From Candidatus Woesearchaeota archaeon (lineage in GTDB: Archaea > Nanobdellota > Nanobdellia > Woesearchaeales > UBA10216), in contig JACPIJ010000068.1 in the NCBI GenBank assembly GCA_016188145.1, forward strand, positions 1 through 42,278: DNA of 42,278 nucleotides, given 5' to 3'. Shown here in pieces: positions 34,417-42,278 of this stretch. A program made the position numbers and the translations under genes. Position 1 is the first letter of the stretch, and the number at the start of each line of letters is the position of its first letter. The notes below the pieces were generated by a model, which searched no databases, was not told the DNA's origin, and saw only the letters and a program-made list of their open reading frames with translations.

Positions 34417-35778
34417 TCAACCCTTAAACCCTTCCAGCCCCTTCATCCCGCCCATCTTGCCGAGCATCTGCTGCATCTTCTTTGGTGTTGCGCCTTTGAA
34501 CATCTTGACTACTTTCTTGCTTTGGCGGTATTGCTTCATCAGTTCTTTTACCTCGCCGCTGCTGATGCCAGCGCCTTTTGCTATGCGGTCAATCCTGTCT
34601 GCGGTAAGGAGCTCAGGGTCCTCAAGCTCTTTCTTCGTCATGCTGTCCATTGCGAATTTCCACTTCTTAAGCTTCCCTTCCTGCACTTCAAGCATGTCCT
34701 TCGGCAGCTTGAGCTGCCCGAATCCCGGAATCATCTCCATGACCTTGGCTATGGGCCCCATCTTTCTCATGGCACTCATCTGCTCGTAAAGGTCAAGCAA
34801 GGTGAACTCGCCCTTTAGGAATTTCTCGCTGATGTCCTTGGCTTCCTCTTCTGTTATGGCTTCCTTTGCCTTTTCAAGCAGTGCCTCAATATCGCCCATT
34901 CCAAGAAGTCTGCCGACAAACCCTTTTGGGTTGAACCTTTCCAAGTCCTCAATCTTCTCCCCAACACCCACGAACTTTATCGGCGCCCCTGAAACCGAGC
35001 AGGCGCTGAGCGCTCCCCCGCCTTTTGCAGTGCCTTCAAGCTTTGTGATGATGACACCGGTTATTTTGCATGCTTCATGGAAGGCTGTTGCCTGCTTCTC
35101 TGCCGCCTGCCCGATGTCAGCGCTGATGATGAGAAGGTTCTCTTTCGGTTTAATGACATCGGAAACGGATTTAAGCTCGTCTATGAGTTGTGTTGAAAGC
35201 GCATCCCTTCCTGCAGTGTCAACAATCACAACATCAAATTTTTTAAGTTCGTTTTCGCAGCTGCCGTAAATTTTTAACGGATTTTTCTCGCTTTTGTTGC
35301 CAAATACTGGCACTCCGATCTGTTTTCCGAGTTGCTGGAGCTGGTCAAATGCTGCCGGCCTGTAGACGTCAAGCTGCACAAGGGCCACCTTCAGGGCTCG
35401 TTTTGAGAAATATCTGGCTAATTTTCCTGCTGTCGTTGTCTTGCCGGAGCCAAACAGCCCTGAAAGCATAATCGTTGTTGGCTTTGCTGAGGTGTCTATC
35501 TTGCTTTCCTCGCCTCCCAGGAATTTGACAAGCTCCTCGTAAACTACTTTGATGAGGTATTCGCGCTTTGTCAGGCTGCCTGGAGTCTCCTCTTTCAGAA
35601 CTCGCTCCCTGATGCGCTGGCTGAGGCCGAAAACGAGCTTTACGTTAACATCAGACTGCAGAAGAGCCCTCTGCAGCTCCTTGACCAGCCCGTTCACCAA
35701 AGTGTCATCTACAAAGATGCTCCTTGCAACCTTTTGCAGGGCATCCTTCAGCGATTCTCCAAGCTTGTCCAGAACCAT
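34417..35778 (-). CDS. srp54: Signal recognition particle protein SRP54
   Basis: RALLQSDVN, GSGKTTT, DTAGR, TKLEGTAKGGGALS, Met-rich M domain. Confidence 0.97.
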   Translation of the reverse strand: MVLDKLGESLKDALQKVARSIFVDDTLVNGLVKELQRALLQSDVNVKLVFGLSQRIRERVLKEETPGSLTKREYLIKVVYEELVKFLGGEESKIDTSAKPTTIMLSGLFGSGKTTTAGKLARYFSKRALKVALVQLDVYRPAAFDQLQQLGKQIGVPVFGNKSEKNPLKIYGSCENELKKFDVVIVDTAGRDALSTQLIDELKSVSDVIKPKENLLIISADIGQAAEKQATAFHEACKITGVIITKLEGTAKGGGALSACSVSGAPIKFVGVGEKIEDLERFNPKGFVGRLLGMGDIEALLEKAKEAITEEEAKDISEKFLKGEFTLLDLYEQMSAMRKMGPIAKVMEMIPGFGQLKLPKDMLEVQEGKLKKWKFAMDSMTKKELEDPELLTADRIDRIAKGAGISSGEVKELMKQYRQSKKVVKMFKGATPKKMQQMLGKMGGMKGLEGFKG

Positions 35779-35832
35779 TTTGCCGTGGAAGAATTCGGGA
35801 TTCGGCAGCCTATTTAAAAGTATTCACAAAAG

Positions 35833-36150
35833 TCACAGCGTTATGGTTTTGCTTATTTCGCTCTCAACCTTGCTAAGGGCTGTTTCCAGAGCAAGCATCA
35901 GGTCCTTGTTTGTCACTGTTGACGTGAAGATTTTGCCCTTGTCAAAAGCCGAAACGTGCACTTCGTATTTTTCGGAGTGCTCCTGAGCGTGCACCTTCTT
36001 CATCCTTACAGCCAGTTTTTCAAAGCCAATGCATAGCTTGGAATACCGGCTCATGTAGTAGCTGATTCTGCTGTTGACAACGGCCATTGCCGAGTCGTCA
36101 ATATCTTTGAAGCCGGACAATTCAAGGTTTGGGCCAAAATCAGCAGGCAT
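35833..36150 (-). CDS. Possible HPF/RaiA-like ribosome hibernation factor domain
   Basis: beta-alpha-beta-beta-beta-alpha pattern ending DLMLALETALSKVESEI. Confidence 0.5.
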   Translation of the reverse strand: MPADFGPNLELSGFKDIDDSAMAVVNSRISYYMSRYSKLCIGFEKLAVRMKKVHAQEHSEKYEVHVSAFDKGKIFTSTVTNKDLMLALETALSKVESEISKTITL

Positions 36151-36300
36151 TTCAGGGGCTTATGTAGCAAAGCAGGTATAAAAGAATTGCGGTTGTAGTA
36201 AAATTGTTAGTGACGTGAGAAAGGGCTAGCGAAAGCATTAAAAACGCTTGTTCGTAATTCAGGGCAAGAATTTGTCTTTTATGCAAAAGAGGAAGGTTGG

Positions 36301-36810
36301 ATGATTTTTGGTAACTCTGCCAGGGCCCAGGCCGCCATGGAGTTCCTGATGACGTATGGCTGGGCCATACTCGTCGTTCTCGTTGTTATCATGGCTCTGG
36401 CTTACTTTGGCGTGCTGAGCCCGTCTAACTTGCTGCCGGAGAAGTGCACCTTCTCTGCAGAAGTATACTGCTTGGACTTCACTGTTGGAGCAAGCGACGT
36501 GACGGTTGTGCTTTCGGACGCTACCAACAAGCCTATGCTAATAGAATCAGTGTCAGCCGCTTCGCAAGCTTTGGGCGATGGTGACATTGGCCAGGGGTGC
36601 GGCACTGAAGTGGAAGGCTACCCGGTATCCCTGAAACCGGGCGAAAGCGCGGCATTTGTGATGGACATACCACCTGAAGGCTCAACGTGCGATTACGCAG
36701 ACACCGGACGAGACATAAACAGGTACAACCTGACACTACTTTATTCGTGGCAAGACAGCCTTGGTATTTTGCACGAGATAAGTGGAGAGGCCTTTGCGCG
36801 GAAAAAGTAA
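36301..36810 (+). CDS. Archaeal class III signal peptide (type IV pilin-like) protein
   Basis: RA|QAAMEFLMTYGWAILVVLVVIMALAYFG. Confidence 0.85.
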   Translation: MIFGNSARAQAAMEFLMTYGWAILVVLVVIMALAYFGVLSPSNLLPEKCTFSAEVYCLDFTVGASDVTVVLSDATNKPMLIESVSAASQALGDGDIGQGCGTEVEGYPVSLKPGESAAFVMDIPPEGSTCDYADTGRDINRYNLTLLYSWQDSLGILHEISGEAFARKK

Positions 36811-36902
36811 CTGTCAGCTCAGGCAAAGCAAAAGCTATTTAAAACCGAAGTACAATTGATAAAGGGAACACGCTTTTTAAGCTGTGTCTTAGTTGGTGCT
36901 GC

Positions 36903-38384
36903 ATGGCAAAGAACACTGGAGTAAAGTATTTGATTTGCACTGGCGTGCTGCTTTCTCTGGTTTTAGCCCTTTACTTTTCAATTGACTCAGCGGCTGTTGC
37001 CGCAAGCGGTTGTACTGATACTGATGGCGGCAAGAACATTTACGCCAAAGGAAACGTGACGTGGGCAGGCGCGGTGTCCTCAAAAATAAGAACAGACAGC
37101 TGCTCAAGATTGTCCACTAATAGGCTTTTGGAGTATTACTGCGATGGCAGCAGCCTGCACGGAACTTACGTTTACTGCCCATCAGGCTATAAGTGCAGCG
37201 ATGGTGCCTGCGTGCCTGGCGGCGGCTCAAATGGCGAATTAGGCTCTGCCGGCTCAGCTACAGGAAGCGGCTATGTTCCGTGTTGGGACTCTGACGGCGG
37301 GAAGGATGTTTACGTCACTGGCATTACCAAAGGCATTTACAGCGATGCCGCAGGCGGGCCAACAGGGGGGACTACATACCAGGGAAAATCATACCCGAAC
37401 GGCGCTTATGGCGAATTTCAGGACTACTGCCTGGGGTTAAGCATGTATGAGTACTCGTGTTTTGGCAGTGGCAGAAAATCTTATGTGACGCAAAGCGATG
37501 TTCTTTGCCAGAATGGCTGCAGGGACGGTGCGTGTTTAAAAGAGCTCCCGCCTGAGAACAAATGCTCTGACTCAGATGGCGGCGAAAACTTGTATGTTAA
37601 AGGCACAACCAGCGGTTTGACGAGCATTGGCGGCAAAGATGTGGAGACAGACTCATGCTCTGTCCCTGGTGGCAGGCTTATAGAGTACGTATGCAACCAG
37701 TTTAATATCGTCTTGGGATATTCATCGGATTGCCCGTCCGGGTACAAGTGCAGCGATGGTGCCTGCGTGTCTGCTTCTGCCCCGCCTCCGGTTCAGAACG
37801 TGACCCAATCATCTGTCTGCGGTGACGGCGTTTGCAACGGGACAGAGACCAGTGCAACGTGCCCTGCTGATTGCAGGCCGGCTGACTCCTGCACTGATAC
37901 GGATGGCGGCAACGTGCCAAGTGTTTCCGGCATTGTTTTCGGTTACCTTCAGGGAGCCTCTTATAGCTATGGGGACATCTGTGTGAATGCTAGCAGCTTG
38001 ATGGAATATTTCTGCAGCGGAACAGCCCCTTTCATGCAGCAGCAGGCATGTGCTTCAGGATGCAGCAACGGAGCCTGTACCGCATCTGCGGCGAGCGCTG
38101 GCGTGTGCAGTTTTGCCCCTGACGGTGTGTGCCCTTCAACCTGCGCGGTAGGATCAGATGCTGATTGCTGCACAAATAAAGGATATTATGTGCTCACGTA
38201 CAACCAAAGTGGTGCATGCGTACCGGGCTGCTACCCCACAGATTACACTCCTGCAACCAAGCCTTGCTCTCCATGCACTCTTCAGTATTCAGACAGCGCA
38301 TGTCCAAACTGGTGCAGTGCAGGGAGTGACTACGACTGCTGTAAGCAAGCCGGGAAAACCCCGACCAGCAGCGGTTGCGTGTAG
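36903..38384 (+). CDS. Secreted cysteine-rich repeat surface protein
   Basis: Signal/TM segment; four CxDxDGG modules, one CGDGVC..CPADC module, two CPxxCxxGSDxDCC modules. Confidence 0.85.
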   Translation: MAKNTGVKYLICTGVLLSLVLALYFSIDSAAVAASGCTDTDGGKNIYAKGNVTWAGAVSSKIRTDSCSRLSTNRLLEYYCDGSSLHGTYVYCPSGYKCSDGACVPGGGSNGELGSAGSATGSGYVPCWDSDGGKDVYVTGITKGIYSDAAGGPTGGTTYQGKSYPNGAYGEFQDYCLGLSMYEYSCFGSGRKSYVTQSDVLCQNGCRDGACLKELPPENKCSDSDGGENLYVKGTTSGLTSIGGKDVETDSCSVPGGRLIEYVCNQFNIVLGYSSDCPSGYKCSDGACVSASAPPPVQNVTQSSVCGDGVCNGTETSATCPADCRPADSCTDTDGGNVPSVSGIVFGYLQGASYSYGDICVNASSLMEYFCSGTAPFMQQQACASGCSNGACTASAASAGVCSFAPDGVCPSTCAVGSDADCCTNKGYYVLTYNQSGACVPGCYPTDYTPATKPCSPCTLQYSDSACPNWCSAGSDYDCCKQAGKTPTSSGCV

Positions 38385-38408
38385 AAGCTGCAGCAGCTAC
38401 ATTATTGC

Positions 38409-39704
38409 ATGAAAGTCTTCATAGAAACTTACGGCTGTTCTGCCAACGTGAACGATTCCGAGATAATGGCAGGGCTCCTCACTAAAGACGGGCATCAAAT
38501 CGTTGCAGCTGCCGACGAAGCTGACGCGGTTATCGTCAACACCTGCACTGTCAAGGGCCCAACAGAAGAAAAAATAAGGACGAGGATAAGACAGATACAA
38601 GGAAATAACGGCCATAAAAAGTTAATCGTAGCGGGGTGCATGGCAGAAGCCCAGACTGAAAGTGTCAGAAAACTGGCACCGGCTGCTGCTATCATCGGAA
38701 CTCACAAAATAAATGAAATCGTTGATGTCGTTGAAGGCAGGAAATCGGTTGCGGTTGGCGGCAACAGCAGCCTGAATAAAGCTGAACTGCCGAAAATAAA
38801 CGTAAACAACCTCGTAAGCATAATCCAGATTAACGATGGCTGCCTGGGAGCCTGCTCGTTCTGCATCACAAGGCTCGCAAGGGGGAACACCTTTTCCTAT
38901 CCCGTTGGCACTATCCGCAACAGTGTTGAAGAGGCCGTAAAAAGCGGGTGCAGGGAGGTATGGCTCACAAGCCAGGACACAGGGACTTATGGGCTAGACA
39001 GGCGCACAAACCTTCCGCAATTGCTGCAGCAGCTATGTGAAGTTGGGGGCGAATTCAAGATTCGTGTCGGGATGATGAATCCCTCATTGGCAAATCACCT
39101 GCTGCAGCCGCTGGTTGACTCTTATAAAAATGACAAGGTATTCAAATTCCTGCACATTCCGCTTCAGTCAGGAAGCAACCCGGTCCTGGCAGCGATGAAG
39201 AGGGGATACAAGGTTGAGACGTTCAAGAAGATTGTTGGAGATTTTAGGAAGCAGTTGCCTCGGATTACGATTGCAACAGACATAATCTGCGGCTTCCCGG
39301 CAGAAACAGAAGGGGATTTTAACGAAACACTAGCCGTTGTTGAAGAAACGAAACCTGACATTGTCAACATCTCAAGGTTCTGGCCAAGGCCGGGCACGGC
39401 AGCGGCAGTGCTGGAAAGGCTGCCGGACAGCGTTGTGATGGGCAGGAGCAGGAAACTCCACAGCCTTGCAAGGAAAATCGCTCTTGGGAACAACCGGAAA
39501 TGGGCAGGGTGGAGGGGAAAAATCATTGTTGACGAAAAAGGGAAAGTGCCAGGCACGTTTGTCGGCAGGAACTTTGCTTACAATCCAGTCGTTGTCAGCA
39601 GCGAGAAGGATCTGTCAGGAAGGCTTATTGAGGTTGAGATTACAGGTGCTGCTGCCGCATGCATTTATGGCAGGATTATTCCTCTTCAAGCAGCCCTTCT
39701 GTAA
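38409..39704 (+). CDS. MiaB-like radical SAM tRNA methylthiotransferase (archaeal MtaB type)
   Basis: TYGCSAN, NTCTVK, CLGACSFC, QDTGTYG, TDIICGFP, TRAM-like C-terminus. Confidence 0.9.
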   Translation: MKVFIETYGCSANVNDSEIMAGLLTKDGHQIVAAADEADAVIVNTCTVKGPTEEKIRTRIRQIQGNNGHKKLIVAGCMAEAQTESVRKLAPAAAIIGTHKINEIVDVVEGRKSVAVGGNSSLNKAELPKINVNNLVSIIQINDGCLGACSFCITRLARGNTFSYPVGTIRNSVEEAVKSGCREVWLTSQDTGTYGLDRRTNLPQLLQQLCEVGGEFKIRVGMMNPSLANHLLQPLVDSYKNDKVFKFLHIPLQSGSNPVLAAMKRGYKVETFKKIVGDFRKQLPRITIATDIICGFPAETEGDFNETLAVVEETKPDIVNISRFWPRPGTAAAVLERLPDSVVMGRSRKLHSLARKIALGNNRKWAGWRGKIIVDEKGKVPGTFVGRNFAYNPVVVSSEKDLSGRLIEVEITGAAAACIYGRIIPLQAALL

Positions 39705-39795
39705 AGCCCCTCATGAAGCCCTCTTCCCCGGGGCTAATCTCGTCGTCGTCGAGATAGTTCTCGAACGTGTCATAAAAATCGTCGGTATCCGCCAT
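39676..39795 (-). CDS. Small acidic protein (39 aa)
   Basis: GAGGTGA RBS; MADTDDFYDTFENYLDDDEISPGEEGFMRGF; own TATA upstream. Confidence 0.6.
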   Translation of the reverse strand: MADTDDFYDTFENYLDDDEISPGEEGFMRGFTEGLLEEE

Positions 39796-39971
39796 CTGTA
39801 TCACCTCTTCGACTTGGTTGATTGTCACACCAAAACACGTTTTATATGATAACATCATACGATATATGATATCTATATATAAACCTTTCGCTTATATTAC
39901 CTTCTCACACAAACGAAACGTTTAAATACGGAACTGCCCATTGCAGTGCGAAACGTGGCAGGGGTTTCGAA

Positions 39972-40814
39972 ATGAAAGAAAGGGTAACTCTTACGCTTGA
40001 CGGCAGCGTGCTGGCTGAGGTTGACCGCAAGGTAGATGGCCACAGGATTAAGAACAGGAGCCACGCCATTGAGCTTCTCCTCATGCAGGCACTCGGAAGC
40101 GCCGACATGCCCAAGGTAGCTGTTATACTCGCAGGAGGTGTGGGCACGAGGCTTCAGCCAATAACCTTTGAGATTCCAAAGCCGCTTGTTCTGGTTCACG
40201 ACCGGACTTTACTTGAGCACCAATTTGACCTTTTCAAGAAATTCGGCATAAAGAACATAGTCCTGTCCATCGGCTACAAGGGAGAAAAGATAAAGCACGC
40301 CATTGGAGATGGAAGGAGGTTTGGCGTCAACGTGAGCTACGTTGAGGAGGCCAAGGCCCTGGGCACGGCAGGCCCACTGAGGCTTGCCAAGGCGTTCCTC
40401 ACAGAGACATTCATAACAACAAACTCAGACGAGCTTAAGGAGATTGACCTTCACGACATGTACCTCTTCCACAAGGAAAACAAGGCGCTTGTGACAATTG
40501 CTTTAACAACCGTAGACAACCCGAGCATGTATGGCGTTGCCAGGATGCAGGGAGGCAAGATACTTGAATTCGTTGAGAAGCCAAAAAAGGATGATGCCCC
40601 GTCAAACCTGATTAACTCAGGCCTGTACATGATGGAGCCTGAAGTGCTTGATTATATCAAAAGCGATGGCTTTTCCATGCTTGAGAAGGACGTGTTCCCA
40701 AAACTGGCTCACGAGGGCAAGCTCTTCGGCTACCCCTTTTCAGGCCAGTGGTTCAACACAGGCACGCTGGAGCTCTACGAGAAGGCAATAAAGGAATGGA
40801 AAGACATCATCTGA
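39972..40814 (+). CDS. RHH domain fused to sugar-phosphate nucleotidyltransferase
   Basis: MKERVTLTLD...NRSHAIE then LAGGVGTRLQP..PKPL, LGTAG, FVEKP. Confidence 0.88.
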   Translation: MKERVTLTLDGSVLAEVDRKVDGHRIKNRSHAIELLLMQALGSADMPKVAVILAGGVGTRLQPITFEIPKPLVLVHDRTLLEHQFDLFKKFGIKNIVLSIGYKGEKIKHAIGDGRRFGVNVSYVEEAKALGTAGPLRLAKAFLTETFITTNSDELKEIDLHDMYLFHKENKALVTIALTTVDNPSMYGVARMQGGKILEFVEKPKKDDAPSNLINSGLYMMEPEVLDYIKSDGFSMLEKDVFPKLAHEGKLFGYPFSGQWFNTGTLELYEKAIKEWKDII

Positions 40815-40875
40815 TTATTGATTTTTCTATTCGGCAACAGCGGCTGCAGCTGCGATAAGAATCAAAATACGGGGC

Positions 40876-42240
40876 ATGGCGAAGATGGACACAAGCTTTT
40901 TTCATGCGTATGACATTCGCGGCCTGATTGACAACGAGCTGAATGACGAAACTGCCGGGAACATAGGAAAGGCGTTTGGCACAATCATAAAGAGAAAGCC
41001 GGTTGTTGTTGGCAGGGACATACGGTATTCTTCAAAAAAGATTGCCCCAGCGTTCATCAGGGGACTGATATCAGCAGGCTGCACCGTGACTGACATTGGG
41101 GAGTGCCCCAGCCCTATGCTTTTTTTCAATGCCTTCCACCTTAAGCAGTTCGGTGCCATAATTACGGCAAGCCACAACCCCGCAGAATACACCGGCTTCA
41201 AGTTCGTCGAGCCGAATGGCCTTTCATTCCTTCACCAGTATGAGAAAATGAAGAGGATTTATGAGCAGCAGCAGTTCATTAGCGGCAACGGCGGCTTTAC
41301 CAAGGCTGATGGCTACACGCCTTACAGGAACTTTCTTCGCCAAATAATAAAGCTTAACCCGAAAAGGAAAATCACAGTTGCTGTGGAGTGCCTTTACGCT
41401 TCAGGAGCAGTCCTTATTCCAAGGCTGTATGAGGAGCTTGGGCTGAAGGTTGTTCCTTCGCACTGCGAGCCGAAGCCTGACTTTAACAAGCAAAGGCCAG
41501 AGCCAAAAGGTGAGAACCTGAAGGAGCTTGGCAGCATCATTGCCGCAAAAGGCGCTGACTTCGGCGTTGCCCTTGATGGCGACTGTGACAGGTCGGTAAT
41601 AGTTGACAACAAAGGAAGGGAACTTAACGGCAGCATAAGCTCCGCCATCTTTATTAAGAAAATTCTCCCGCTGCAGCCAAAGCAGCGAAGAAATGTAGTA
41701 ATTACGGTAGATTGCAACAGCGAACTGAAGCAGTTGACAGGAAGCCTTGGCGGAAAGCTTGTGTGGAGCGATGTTGGGCACAGCTTCATCGGCAAGGCAG
41801 TGCATGACAGCAATGCTGTTTACGGTGGAGAGATGAGCAGCCACATGTGGTTTGAGGAATATCCCTTCAGCGACGGGTTCCTGACCGGTTTGAAAATGGC
41901 AGAAATCCTCAGCAACAGCGGCGAAAAATTGTCGAAAATGGCTGACGAGGTAAAGTTTGCGCCAATGCTCAAGGAATATGTAAGCTGCGGCACTCATGAG
42001 AGAAAAGAGAAAGTTATTGCCAAACTGGTTGCTGCAGCGAAAAAGCAGCATCCCAACGCAACATTAACAAGAGACGGCATAAAGTTCTTCCTCAACGACC
42101 TCGAATGGGTCATGCTGAGGAAAAGCAACAACCTTCCCGAAGTGTGCATTGTTATTGAGGCACAGGATGATGGAAGGCTGAAGCGGTTGCACAGCGAGTA
42201 CAGGGAGCTGGTGGATACTACTATTTCTGCGACCAACTAA
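40876..42240 (+). CDS. Phosphomannomutase/phosphoglucomutase
   Basis: FHAYDIRG, TASHNP, DGDCDR, GEMSSH. Confidence 0.93.
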   Translation: MAKMDTSFFHAYDIRGLIDNELNDETAGNIGKAFGTIIKRKPVVVGRDIRYSSKKIAPAFIRGLISAGCTVTDIGECPSPMLFFNAFHLKQFGAIITASHNPAEYTGFKFVEPNGLSFLHQYEKMKRIYEQQQFISGNGGFTKADGYTPYRNFLRQIIKLNPKRKITVAVECLYASGAVLIPRLYEELGLKVVPSHCEPKPDFNKQRPEPKGENLKELGSIIAAKGADFGVALDGDCDRSVIVDNKGRELNGSISSAIFIKKILPLQPKQRRNVVITVDCNSELKQLTGSLGGKLVWSDVGHSFIGKAVHDSNAVYGGEMSSHMWFEEYPFSDGFLTGLKMAEILSNSGEKLSKMADEVKFAPMLKEYVSCGTHERKEKVIAKLVAAAKKQHPNATLTRDGIKFFLNDLEWVMLRKSNNLPEVCIVIEAQDDGRLKRLHSEYRELVDTTISATN

Positions 42241-42278
42241 AGAAGAAAAGAAAAAATGTGAATCTGGTTCTCGCTTAA

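Overview
Archaeal genomic window, most likely from a DPANN archaeon such as Woesearchaeota. This is inferred from the thermosome, archaeal GluRS, SRP54, a histone-fold protein, a class III signal-peptide pilin, TATA-type promoters and GGTGA ribosome-binding sites. Bases 1-12.2 kb are a tightly packed + strand accessory operon: HExxH protein, DUF4097-like protein, classic AAA ATPase, J-domain/DUF4097-like fusion, MoxR ATPase, two paralogous unknowns, HExxH+VWA protein, and an HTH/repeat/PD-(D/E)xK protein. It is followed by a small gene that may have an RNase H fold, facing a structured RNA candidate with its own TATA box. The rest is housekeeping genes mixed with two toxin-antitoxin pairs, a LAGLIDADG gene, an IS200/IS605 tnpA element and a ~4.3 kb island bounded by a tRNA-Glu 3'-end duplication. 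All five tRNA genes found are interrupted, by eight introns in total, four of them at non-canonical positions. Several introns appear homologous, with compensatory base changes, to a dispersed intergenic hairpin repeat family. All calls are from manual reading; no database searches were run.
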